Shown here: positions 1 through 12,472 of the stretch, in pieces | How the letters are laid out: the number at the start of each line of letters is the position of its first letter | How positions within the stretch are numbered: the stretch's first letter is position 1 | Origin: Camelus ferus | Lineage: Eukaryota | Assembly: GCF_009834535.1 (NCBI RefSeq) | Contig: NC_045696.1 | Coordinates: 90,646,001-90,710,000, forward strand | Reading direction: 5' to 3' | DNA length: 64,000 nt | Notes under the pieces: generated by a model | The model's input: only the letters and a program-made list of their open reading frames with translations | What the model was told of the DNA's origin: nothing | Databases searched by the model: none | Program-made: the position numbers and the translations under genes

Positions 1-1834
1 TTGGCTCATAGGAAGATAGGCAACAGTTCTGTACAGAGCACACTCAAAACTTACACATTTTAGAATCAAATCTTAATATAATCCAAGAAAAAAAGATTAA
101 AAAATGAAGTAAAAGAGTAAACAAAATAGAAAAACAAGAAATCTCAATCATGACTTTCTTAAAAATCCAAATATTCTGCCTGGTTAGGAAGCATGGATCA
201 ATGATTAAAAATTTTTATAATATGTGAATATGTATAAACGTGCTTACAATGTAGTAGTAGATGCTCAATAAATGGCACTCTTATTATTTTAAATACTTCA
301 TGGAATACGTATTTATTAAGCATTTTATATACTTATCTGATATTCCTCCTTCCTAAAGCTCTCAGTTACACAAAAATGGAATTTTTAGTAACATAAAATG
401 TATCATACAGAAGAGTTTTGAATTACTTATTTCTTTGATTTATCTGAAGTCTACATTACTTTATGATAAATTTCTTTACATAATGTTATTTATTCTTATC
501 ATAAAAATAGACCTATAATTTCTCTTATAGGAATAGGTTGGCTATCATTCCAAATTTTTTAATGGCTTCAATTAAGAAATATTAAAGAGTGCTTTAAAAA
601 AACCTCATTACATAATTCATAATTAGGTAAATTATTTACAATGATTTTAAAACCAGTGAAAAAGAAACTGCATACTTGATTTATAAGCAAACATCCAAAT
701 CTTATACATTTGTCAGTCTTTTAATAATGAAATCTGGGGAAAAATAAATTCACAGACACCCAAGTGAATTGGCAACTGTAAGTGACAGAAGCCCTTCTAA
801 ATCCTCTGTTTACACTGGGGATTAGTGGAGTAGATTTTGAGTTGCAAACTGAACAGTCCATGGTCAAGGGAACCTGCTCCCTGTCAGCCCGCAGGGCATA
901 AGGACAAAGCACGGTCCTGGTAGGAAGTGACCCATAAACATATTCCTACCCAGGATTTATACAAAGCCAGTCTGCCTCACAGAAACTCCATATGACCATT
1001 AACTGGCCTGCAAGGCCTGCCAGGAGGCCTAATTACAGGTCTACAGAGCCCAATACAAAAGCTGAAGGGCTTTAGCCTAGGGATGATCTGCTTTATACTG
1101 ACTTGAGAGAGTCCATATAGAGGACCCAAAAGAAAGAGGTTTAGCTTTAAAATTCTCCCCAGAGATCCAGCATTGTACTCGAGTCTAGAAAGCCCACATG
1201 CAACATACTTCAGCTAGGCTTAAACATACCACCCTCTCAAAATTAACATTCAACTACTGTCTGCTTAACATCTGCTCAAACATGGCAAGTTGCTGTGATA
1301 TTGTTAGACTCTAACTGATAGCTTTCTTCTTACTAAATATTATTAGGGATAAATTACACTTATTCAAATATAAATATGTAACTGATGCTAAAACAAATAA
1401 TTTATGTTTTAATAAAGTAATTTATTTAATGATTCTCTTTAGGAAGCACTAATATATCTTTCTAGATTAACACAAAGTCCAAAATCATGTTCATTACTGG
1501 AAATCGGAGTCAAGTTAACATTATCAATTTGATTTTGCATTAAAGCTTTTAAATTTTATGCAGAATTTCTAAAGTTCACAGAAACTACATTTGATGAAAC
1601 AAAGGTTTTCATCAATGCCCAAGTCAATTAAACTATTCAAGGTTTTATTCATTTGTTTCTTTAAAAAAGCACAAGAATTATTAATTCTTGGTAACTTCTA
1701 ACTGTGTATGTAGGCTGGTATGAGGAGGATGTTTGGCTCAATGTCTCTTCTTTGTTTACCTCATAAAGCCACTCAGTGATGCCATAAAAACTACTTCCAC
1801 TCCTCCAAGCTAATGTCTATAGGACACTCGGTTA

Positions 1835-2240
1835 AAAGTTAGGTGCTGTTCTAAATACTTTATTAATTTATTTGTTTCTCATAAAAACTATAAAGGTACA
1901 TATTATTCCCACTTCATAAATGAAAACACTGAGGTCCAGCAAGCTTTAACAATTTTCCCATGGTTTTATCAGTAAATAAAGCCTTCTGACTTGAGAACCT
2001 GACCACCATACTATACTGCCTTTCAGACTAATTGCTAACATATACTGAATGCTTACTATGTACCAGGTTCTGTTCTAGGTGTTATACAAATGTTAACACA
2101 TTTTAAGTCCACAACAACCCCATTAGTTATGTACTATTAATATCTTCTTTTTACAGATGAGGAAACTAAAGGAGAGTAAAGGGAAAGTGATCTGTCCAAG
2201 CTCACAAAGTCAGTTAGTGAGGCCGAATATGAACCTAGAC
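1835..2240 (-). mobile_element. Two adjacent MIR SINE remnants
   Basis: MIR core motifs in reverse orientation: ataaatgaaaacactgagg; tactgaatgcttactatgtaccagg...ttttacagatgaggaaact. Confidence 0.75.
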
Positions 2241-3139
2241 TAACAACACACAATCAAGCAGAAGCCTGTGGGGAGGGGTGGTAAAGAGAAGTCTGAAAAC
2301 TATTTATTTACATGAACTAGAAGTTAACTTTTCAATCACTTGCTCTGTTTTTCAGTTTTGCCCTACATGAAAGCCTCTCTCACAGTAAATCAGCCTATTT
2401 CTTGGAGCCAGAGATCAGCAGTCAGAAACCTACAGAGCAAAACCTCTGTCAAGTTTAAACCAGGGTAGCAGAATGGCTTTCTATGCTCTAAAGAAACAAT
2501 AGAACATTATTATGGCAATCTCATTGTAATTCTTAGAACCACAAATATTTAAAGCTAGACTGGAGCTCCAAGACTACATGACTATGAAGAGAAAGGGTCA
2601 GGACTTGGCTTCCAGGTACTTATGGGCAACCAAGAGAAGAAAATCCAAATTTAACATGCTGCAGAAGAACTGGGATGGAATGAAACATTTAGGGCTTACT
2701 CCTAAAAACAGTTTATTTCCTTGCTATAGTAAGCTTATGTGTGTAATTTATATCTTTTTTACAATATTTAATCAGCTTCCATCACAGCAAGGGTCACTGA
2801 AGTACATGTCCCTAGATAGGCTGAAGAAAAACCCACTGGTGATTATAAAACATTACCTTAGATTTTTCAAAGTTATCAGAAACACAGCTATTATGAGCAC
2901 CCTTAATAGTTAAGGAAAAAAAACTTTCCTTCTGACTAAAACTTTATTCCTTTTGTATTATCAATGAAAACTCATTTTAGAATTAAAGGCTTGCTTGAGG
3001 ATAGAAATTATTTTACTGTAAGGAAATTGTAGCATTATGCCTAACAAAAGAAGACATGTATTTGATAATGTTTTCTATCACCCTTCTTTCTCCCCAGCCT
3101 AACTCATGAATTTAACCTATAAGATCGAAATAGCTCAGA

Positions 3140-3335
3140 AGTCAGAAATCATTGGATTTAAGTCCTGGTTCTGCCACTTATTAGCTATGTGCTCTTTTAC
3201 AAGTCATTTTTAAGCTTTCAGGATATTTGTAACATGGAATTAATTAGCTCTCCATGCAGTGACACGAGTCAAATGATAAAAAGGTTTATGAACGTGCTGT
3301 GAAAACTATAAAGCTCAATAAAAAGGGTTGTAGAT
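3140..3335 (+). mobile_element. MIR SINE remnant
   Basis: gtcctggttctgccacttattagctatgtg...aagctcaataaa resembles the MIR consensus. Confidence 0.6.
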
Positions 3336-4099
3336 ACTATTCAGAAAATGAAATATTACACAGAAATTGTGTGATAAAGGTGACTTACCATACATATACT
3401 AAAAGAAATTTCTATTTTTCTTATAACATTAGAGATATAATTTTAAAGGCTGCAGATGCCAATAATCCTATTAAAAGTAAAATAGTAAGGAGAAATTATT
3501 TCTTAAAACTATGTTGTGAGAAGTGTTATCTTTTCATGCTGATGAAAAATATTTATGTTTTGGAAAAGTCTCTCCTCTAAATTCTTCTTCAGAACTATGA
3601 ACATACTTAGCATAAGATGATACTGTGTTTTTGAGAAAAACCCAAATAATGTTTGGAATGGTGCTAACAAGCCAAACAACAGTGAGAGCAAAAGTGAGGG
3701 AGACAAGTCTTAAAGTAAACTTATTATCTCCCTCTTCTCCTGTGTGATAATTAGGCTTCATTACCTCTTCTGTCATGTACTACCTTAAAGCTTAAGATTA
3801 AAAAGTCTACTGTTGCTGTATAACTTCTGTTTTTGAGGCCAGGGAACTTTTTAATATATTTACTTGAAATCCACCAGAGTTTGAAATGAATACACCAGCA
3901 TCTAAAGGCGTACTTTCCAGTTTTTTCAGAACATTTGTTTTTCCAAAATAACTTATTTACCAAAGATTAATAGCTAGAATTCAATCTGGTATAGTACCAC
4001 TACAGGTGCTATCAAAACTACTGGGGAAGATTTAGAAGTTTTAGATATGGTTCCTGACCTTCAGACATTTATTATTTCATTTAGAAAATAAGTCCAACA

Positions 4100-4540
4100 C
4101 TCATGAAACTAATATTAATATCAGCAGTATGTGAGTAAATATCAACATGAATGGTGTACATAGAAAAGGAGAAAAAGAAGTCAAAGGAGAACATAAAGAT
4201 TATGTGCTGGAACGGTCAGGGAAGTCATGTGGAAATTTTATTTGAGATGCTTACTGAAGTGTTAAGAGAGGAAAAGAAGGAGAAAGACATTTCTAGAGGA
4301 GGAGAATACACAAGCAAAGATTCCCAGGTAGAAAAGAACATGAGTAAATCAAAGAACAATGAGAAGAAGTACAAAAATGAATTCTGAGAAATAAACTTGG
4401 AAAAGTCAGAAATCTGGAATCTTAAGCACAGAAGTGTAAAACTGATCTTGTAAGCAATTTAGAGCCATTGAATAATTTTGAGCAAAGACGTAGCATGACC
4501 AAATGGTGGCTGAGAAAGAATCACCTAGCAGTGGTATTCA
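4100..4540 (-). mobile_element. L2 LINE 3' remnant
   Basis: Purine-rich L2 motifs: ggtcagggaag, atttgagatg, gagccattgaataattttgagcaaag. Confidence 0.6.
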
Positions 4541-4769
4541 CAAAAAGCAATATGGAAATAAAAATTTTCTGGTGGACCCCTTTTGCAAGACTCTAGGCTA
4601 GGCATTTCATGTATTATAATATTTATCTTCACAACAGCTCTATAAGGTAGTTATCATCTTCCCTCTGACAGACTAGGAAATTATTATGGTAGAGAGAAAT
4701 CCTCAAACCTAAATACTTTCAAACAGATAACTTAAATGCATGACATGGTCTCACTGAGACGATAGGAGG

Positions 4770-5415
4770 TTATACTTGTATATTACTGGTGGGAATGTAA
4801 TGCGGTTCAGCCACTGTGGAGAAGTTTGGTGGTTCTGCAAAAAGTTAAACACAGAACTACCAAAAGACCCTATAATTACACTCCTAAGTGTACACCTCTC
4901 AAAATTACAATCAGATCCTCAAATAAGTACATGTGTATGCATGCTCACAGCTACACTATTCACAATAGCCAAAAGGTAGAAAAAAACCAAACTTCCATCA
5001 ATATATGAATGGATAACACATGGCATAAATATATAACAATGGATATTATTCAGCCATAAAAAGGAATAAAATACTGACACTTGCTACAATGTAACCATAC
5101 CTCCAAAATATTATGCTAAATGAAAGAGGTTAGTTATACAAGGTTACACATTGTATGACTCCATTGATAAATATGCAGAATGGATAAATCCATAGAGACA
5201 GAGGGCAGACAGGTGGTTACCAGGAGCTATGGGTCAGGAAAATGGAGAGAAACGAGCTTAATAGGTGAGGGGTTTTACTTTGGAAATGTTTTGAAACTAG
5301 ACAGAGGTGGCGGTTATGTAGCACTGTGAATGTATTTAATGCCACTGAATTGTTCGATATAAACAATTATGATTAATTTTACATTATTTGAATTTCACCT
5401 CAATTACTTTTAAAA
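4770..5415 (+). mobile_element. Old L1 3' end (ORF2 C-terminus + 3'UTR, L1MB-like)
   Basis: ctggtgggaatgtaa...cagccactgtgga...ctattcacaatagccaaaagg...attattcagccataaaaagg...gaatttcacctcaa, then A-rich tail. Confidence 0.85.
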
Positions 5416-8400
5416 AGTAGAGAAATACAGTGAACTAGAAAATATACACATCTGTTATATTCCATTAAAAAAGACAAACTTCTGTTTTGGCTAAATAATA
5501 AACATCAAACGACTAAAGGACAGAATGAGTGAATAAAAGGAGAAAGCTTAGAACTCTTCCACTATTCAGTACCCTCTCTGGAGAAGTAAAGGAATTGAAG
5601 CAAGAGACCAATTAGGAGGTAACAGATTAAACTTTGGGTGGAATGCTTGGTCTAGACTAAGGAGCTGGCGAAAGATAATAGAAGGATTACTATAAAAAAT
5701 ACTTCAAAATTAGAGTACCAATTCTAGGTTGCCTATAAAGAAGTCAAGGATAAACATTTCAAAGTTTTGAATCTGAATGAACGGAAGAATGGTAAAAGAA
5801 TTTTTAAAAAAGAAAGAATTCATGGCCAACAGCATTTTTAATTGGATTTACTCAATATCAGAATAAAACATTAGCCGAAGTTATAACTGAAAGATTCAGA
5901 CTTACAAAATTACATAGCTTTACAAGCTTCTGTGTCCTATTGCATTTGGGAAGAAAACAAACAAACAAACATGAGATATAACCTTAAATTCACATCACCT
6001 TCAAATTAAAAGTTAAACAAGAGCCATGAGATTTCATTTCAATTTCAAGTTGGCAATGAACATAAAAGTCGGAAGATTTAGCATAGCAAAGTGTAAAAGT
6101 GTTAACAGTTTAGTACGTACAAAATATGATCACAAATACAATAAAATCTCTCATTTCAAATTCATGTTTGATACAACATACATGACACCCATACAGTTAT
6201 ATTTTGCTTAATGTTACTTTACTCACACTTATGTCTTTCAGAATCATACCACTAACAATCATTGCCAAAAGTTCTAAACATGTTTTATTTCCAAACCAAT
6301 AGCATTATTAACATTTATTAATAAATCAGTAACAACGCAATGGTTATATATAAAAGTTTCTTCTGGGACATACAGAGTAAAAGACAGTGTAATCGGCAAG
6401 ATTTATAAATATGAATCCCCTCTACCAGATTATGGTAATTATAAGGCTGAAATAAATCTTGCCTCAAGAATCTAGCATACAGCCTTAGGTTTTTCCCCAT
6501 ATCTAATTTTAAAGCCTCAAAGTTGAGGGTGTTTTCCCTGGGAACTCAAGTAAACTCCAAAGAGACAGAATGTGAACTACCAGACCTTTCTATCCAGCTA
6601 CTTCAGACTTTGGACTAGGCTAGACTTTAACCACAAGCCTTACCAGACAGAGCTCAAGTTCTTATTCCCCCTACTTTATTTTGCTTATTTGTTTATTGTT
6701 AATAATACAATGAACACCTTGATTCATCACTGAAACAGAGATCTAGAACCTTGACAGTAAGTTATATATTTGCTTAGTGCCCCTCTATCCATCTACTTCC
6801 CCTCTCCAGGGCCACAAGTTCTCATTAATAATAGTACTGGATGTTTTTCAAAGGGTATAATATGTATTTCATGTTATACAAGCAATATAGTCATGGAACT
6901 GGCATCCAAAAGTGAAATTTGGTAAAATGGTTTCTTAACTAGTGACAATGAAAAGTAGCACAATCTTTTTGTAAAACAATTTAGGAAAAATGTATTAAAA
7001 GTCACTCTAAATATTAACACCCACTAACCTCAATTCTACGGCAATCAATCCAAAAAAAAAAAATCTAACATATGAAAAACACAACTTGTAACAGGATGTG
7101 CATCACAATGTTATTGATAATTAGGAAAAGCTAGAGACAGCCTATTCAATAAGAAAATGATGACATAAATAATGCTACATCTAGGTAAGGTCTGTCCTTT
7201 GCTTATGGGGACAATGTAAGTTATTTTTGTTTGAAAATTGACGTAATATTTTGAATGTTTGTCAAATTCACTGAACCTTACTCTTTATCCTTAATAGAAT
7301 TTAGAATGTTAAATTTAAAAATGATGGGTGACCGCTGGGACCAATATAAGCAAGTTATACACTATAAAGTTTGGATTGTCAGATCTATTTTATAACACGC
7401 TTCAAAATCATACTAAAAGATAAAGAAAACTGTATAACACTAAAAAATAAAATTCTTTACAGTTGTATTAATAGAAATAAATATTTTCTGGACTAAGCAC
7501 CATAAATATTTTCCTTTAAAGCAAGAGCTTGTCAATATTCAAGTTATAAACTGGAAATATTTTTTCAAAGCAAAATGCCACTAAAGAATGAATATATATA
7601 ATATAAATAACAGAGAATCATATTAATTAGCTTTATTAGAGTCAAAATTTGAAAAACCCAATAGCAATCAGCATTTAAGTAAATCATGTTTTCTACATAA
7701 AGATAAAATGAGGATTAATACATAAAATATAAGTGACTTAAAGTAATATGAAGCAGTATAGAGGTTCACAGTCAAAACATTTATTAATTTTTAATCCCTA
7801 TATGATAAGTTACTTCAATTAGTGATTTATGAAGCTACTATATCATTTATCCTGGAGTTCCAAATCTTTATACTATGGACACTTAGAGTGGGAATAAAAG
7901 GAACTTATGCAAGAAATCCTTGAAGTTTAGTGTGTATATATGTATTTTCTCAATTAATGAATATTAAAAATATAACTATTACCATTTGGAAGTCTGAAAT
8001 TACTTTGGTATTAAAATAGAAGTCTCACTTTCCAATTAGAAATTATGAACTCTTTACAGATCTTTAAAAAGTAAATAATTTTAAGAGATATGTACAACTT
8101 TGGTGGTATTATTCTAATCTTACCTTGTGCTTGATCTTGACAACTTATAATTTGAATGCTATATATATTTTTTGAAAAGCACATTAAAATTCAGAGTAAA
8201 ATACCAGTTACTTGGAAAAGATAACATGGATTCTTTATATTTTTAAAAACATAAAGTATCTAATGTCTACATGAATCTGGGTACCATAACCTAAAAAATC
8301 AAAGTCTAAGCATTATTGTGCAATTGAGATATTAAAACATAGGATTTTAAGATTAGATGGTATCCAGAATAAGCAGTCCAATGAGTTAGCCCAATGTAAG

Positions 8401-8842
8401 TGGAGGAATTATTAAACCACATTCATCTCATTTCCTTTAGAATAATGAAAATCTTCATCTAGAACTCATGATTATCAAAATAAAATAAAAAATTAAAATT
8501 AAATCAAAACAGATTACAGTCCTGAACATAAAAATGTAAAAGTATAAAAATTTTCTTTAAGATGCCACCAAAAGCACAGTCCATAAAAGGCAAAAGTCAA
8601 TAGTGGACTTCATGAAAATTAAAACTAAAATCGAAGGCAATTTTATAAATAAGAAGGTAAATGACCTTTTAACATTATACTATAGCAATAAATATTTGAG
8701 GTAAAATATGTCCATATTCAGATATCATAAACTTGTGAGACTGTAAGAAAATAGGTGTTTTTCCTCTTCAACCCACCTGTAAGAATGCTAGGAGTTATTT
8801 CACATTTTTTTCATTTAAATAAACTTAATTATTAATACTCAC

Positions 8843-8894
8843 CAGCAGCTTCCAGAACCAGCTGTAGTCTGGCTTTGGCCTGTTCAGCTGGTGG
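8843..8894 (-). CDS. RSRC1: RSRC1 internal coding exon, 52 nt (probably orthologous to human exon 6)
   Basis: Minus strand reads tgatttttag|CCACCAGCTGAACAGGCCAAAGCCAGACTACAGCTGGTTCTGGAAGCTGCTG|gtgagt, i.e. [17 protein letters not shown] plus 1 nt. It joins the 37-nt exon in frame to give [22 protein letters not shown], the recalled RSRC1 sequence. Confidence 0.95.
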
Positions 8895-9634
8895 CTAAAA
8901 ATCAACCACAAAGACGTTTACAAGTCAGTTTTAATAGATGGAGCTTATAAATTAATGCATTGTTACATGAGTATCAGAAAATTAAGAGAACTTTATCATA
9001 ATCAGTATTAATATCCATTCACATCTTAACAAAATTCCATCACAGCAGCTCTACCAATCTATTCTCTCACCTTTGTTATCAAATCACACTTTTCATTATT
9101 ATGATGCAAGAATGAAATTCTTTCATTTTTTTTTTTTACTGGAATAGGTTTTGTTTACTACCCAACATGTACCAATCAGCAACAACCTAAATAACTGCAA
9201 TTTAAAAATGAAACAAAACCCACACATTTATCAACATATTCTCAGGTTGGGTTATTTCTTGCTATATGGAAACATGCAAAATGGCCTATTAGAATTTAAA
9301 TAGCAATTTAAAGTACAATACCTCAGGCAAATCATATCCTAAAACCAAATATTTTCTCTTTTCCTTACAGTACTTGAAAGGAGCAATTGTGATGAAGATA
9401 GGACACAATGTGAGTTACTGCTTTCAATTTCTACTACTGCTCTAAAATTGTTCTCTCAATGAACATTGATTCAATACAGTAAATAATGTTGAAACTACTT
9501 TCGTATCAGTGACCTTATTCTGAGATTTTTGGATAATGTGTTGATGGTATCCAAACTATAACATGGATTGTACCAAGGTTATGATTTTTATGAAGACCTG
9601 TTAAAAACTTTTTAATACTTAAGACTTTACTTCA

Positions 9635-9832
9635 ATATTGTAGAATAGATAAACAAGATTATACTGTATAGCACAGGGAAATATACACAAGATCTTATGG
9701 TAGCTCACAGAGAAAAAAATGTGACAATGAATATATATATGTTCATGTATAACTGAAAAATTGTGCTCTACACTGGAATTTGACACAACAATGTAAAACG
9801 ATTATAAATCAATAAAAAATGTTAAAAAAAAA
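9635..9832 (+). mobile_element. Young 5'-truncated L1 3' end (camelid type) with poly(A) and perfect 14-bp TSD
   Basis: atactgtatagcacagggaaatat...aatcaataaaaaatgtt-poly(A). TSD AAGACTTTACTTCA at 9621-9634 and 9833-9846. Confidence 0.9.
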
Positions 9833-10049
9833 AAGACTTTACTTCACAATGCATTTATAAATATGTCAGCAAGTGACTACATAACCTCATGTTTATATAT
9901 ATGATACCATCATTTGAGAATTAACATTCGTAAGACATATTTGAGTATTTTGCTATTTGCAAAAAAAACAGCCTGCATGAAAAGAATTACAGTAACTGGA
10001 TAAAGAAAGAAGATGTTGTACTCAGAAAAGACTAAGAATTTGAATGGTG

Positions 10050-10615
10050 TTTCTGAATAAACTGTAAGAAACAGGATGAGAAAGTGGCAGGTAAGATGGG
10101 AAGGAGGACAAGGATAGTCTTTTATACCACAGAAGAAGGGTTTAAAGAAACAGTGGCCTAAATCCGGTTTTGTGAGATTTCCTGGAACACAGCCATGCAC
10201 ATTTGTTTATATTTGTCCAATGGTTGCTTTTGTGCTCAGCTCAACAACAGCAGTCAATTATTCGTGGCAGGAAACTTAGGGCCAACAAAGCCTAAAATAT
10301 TTACTAACTGGATCTTTAAAGAAGTTTCCTGACCTCTGCCACAGAAGATGGAGAGACTTGAAGAATTTGAAACGGGGGTGATGAGACGAGATCTGCACTC
10401 TGTACATCATTAGAACAATAAACCTGAGGATGAACTGAAAAGAACATGACAGAAGGAAGGCAAGGAGCTCAGTTAGGGAGCAATTAAAGAATTCCAGGTG
10501 ACAGATGATGAGGGCCTGGGGTGGAGCAGTAACTCTAAGGCTGAACAGGAAGAACTAGATTGGAGAAATATTTAATCAGTAAAATGAAAGGATTGATTGG
10601 ATATGAGAGAAAGAA
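10050..10615 (-). mobile_element. L2 remnant interrupted by a MER58 element
   Basis: ggcaaggagctcagttagggag...ccaggtgacagatgatgagggcctgg...gattgattggatatg. Confidence 0.55.
10151..10338 (+). mobile_element. MER58A-like hAT-Charlie non-autonomous element
   Basis: ggaacacagccatgcacatttgtttat...caaagcctaaaatatttactaactgg...gtttcctgacctctg. Confidence 0.8.
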
Positions 10616-10859
10616 GAGTTGACAAACAAAAAGAATACTTTATGTATATGCTTGTAGAGAAAGTGTACAAACATGTGCTTTATAAAGTTATAAATATTAA
10701 AATATGTAACAAAATTAACATATCATAGCAAAATATCAATAGAACACTGTGACATTTACTGAATCTGATTTCTCTAACAGTTATAAACTAAACTGTCTAT
10801 AGGAGCCAAGTAATTAAACACTTATAATGATGAAAGGCAAATGACATTTGACATCAGTA

Positions 10860-10980
10860 TCAGGAAGCACAGTGAGTGTGCAGAACTGTGCAGCACATGG
10901 CCCAGCTAAAGGAAGCAGCTGGTACCAGTCACCAACTCACTGTTGTCATGTAGAAATGCAAGCCTTGATTTTTCTTGAGA
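10860..10980 (+). mobile_element. Ancient hAT-Tip100-like relic (MamRep1879-like)
   Basis: ctaaaggaagcagctggtaccagtcaccaactcactgttgtcatgtagaaatgc resembles the recalled consensus. Confidence 0.4.
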
Positions 10981-11673
10981 CATTCAGTAACCATCAAGAC
11001 CAATACTTTGTGGAACAAACAGTACTTCTAACAGCCAGATTCAATCCTGAGACAGATAATTTGTGATCTCTGCCATCTACTTACCAGACACAGTAGAAAC
11101 ACCATACTTAGTGCAATATAACATAACTAGAATGGTAAGAAGGAAATGATGTTCTGATTAGCAGGTCCCAAGCAAGCTCAGAATTATAAAGCATACATTT
11201 CAGAATATCTTAGTAAGCAGTGTCGTTTGATAGAAGAGTATTAGACACTTTATTAGTTAAGATAGTTCACAGTAAAGTTATAGGTATTTTATAAGAAAAG
11301 ATTATTTTTAACAATTAAGAAATATTTAAAACAAATAGACAAAATGATGAGCGCCCATATCCAGTGAAATATTAACAATACTGTTAAAACCTCTCACCCC
11401 ACAAAATCCCCCTCCATAGCAGCTCCCTGTCTCCCCAAGTTATAACCACTATCTTGAAAATATGGTGATTACCATTTCTAAAGAAGAAGTCTTGATAGTT
11501 GATGTTTATAAAAAAACACCTGTTAAGACATATTTATATTTTATTAATTCTTCTAACAAGCTATAATACAGGACTAATATTTCAAAGATAAAGAAAACCA
11601 GTGTATAAGAGCAGTTTGCTAACTTGCTTCTACTAGTAAGTGACAGACTGAAATTAAGACCTTCTCACTTCAA

Positions 11674-12472
11674 CATCCAGATGGCCAATAGCCACATGAA
11701 AAGATGCTCAATATTGGTAATTTCAAATCAAAACTACAATGAGGTAGGTATCACTTCACACCAGTCAGAATGGCTACCATTGAAAACTCCACAAACAATA
11801 AATGAGGCCACTACGGAAAACAATATGAAGATTCCTTAAAAAATTAAAAATAGGCTTAACATTGATCCAGCAATCCCACTCTTGGGCATATATCTGGAAG
11901 AAACTCTAATTTAAAAAGATACATGCACCCCAGTGTTTATAGCAGCACTATTTACAATAGCGAAGACATGGAAGCAATCTAAATGTCAACTAACAGATGA
12001 CTGGATAAAGAAATTGTGTGCATGTAATGGTATACTACTCAGTCATAAAAAAGAATGAAATAATGCCTTTGCAGCTACATGGATGGACCTAGAGATTATC
12101 ATATTAAGTCAAGTAAGTCAGAGAAAGACATCACATATCTGGACTCTAAATATCATATAATATCACTTACATGTGAAATCTTAAAAAATGACACTAATGA
12201 ACTTATTTACAAAACAGAAATAGACTCACATAGAAAACAAACATAGAGGAAAGGGGAGGAGGGAAAAATTAGGAGTTTGGAACTAGCAGATAAAAACTAC
12301 TATATATAAAATAGATAAACAATAAGGTCCTACTGTATAGCACAGGGGACTATATTCAGTAGCTAATAATAACCTATAATAATTTTATATATATATATCT
12401 GAATCACTAGCTATATACTAGAAACTAACACAACACTGTAAATCAACTATGCTTCAATTAAACAAGCAAAAA
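11674..12472 (+). mobile_element. 5'-truncated artiodactyl-type L1 (ORF2 end + 3'UTR) inserted into a MIR
   Basis: cagatggccaatagccacatgaaaagatgctca...gatccagcaatcccactcttgggcatatatc...aaggtcctactgtatagcacaggg...caactatgcttcaatt, then A tail. Degenerate TSD aagac-N6-acttcaa at 11656-11673 and 12473-12490; MIR-like sequence on both sides. Confidence 0.85.

Noticed and set aside
760..1230. GC-richer segments that might be old LTRs (also ~13750-14100 and ~28190-28570)
   Set aside because: I could not match a family or define termini; needs a Dfam search.
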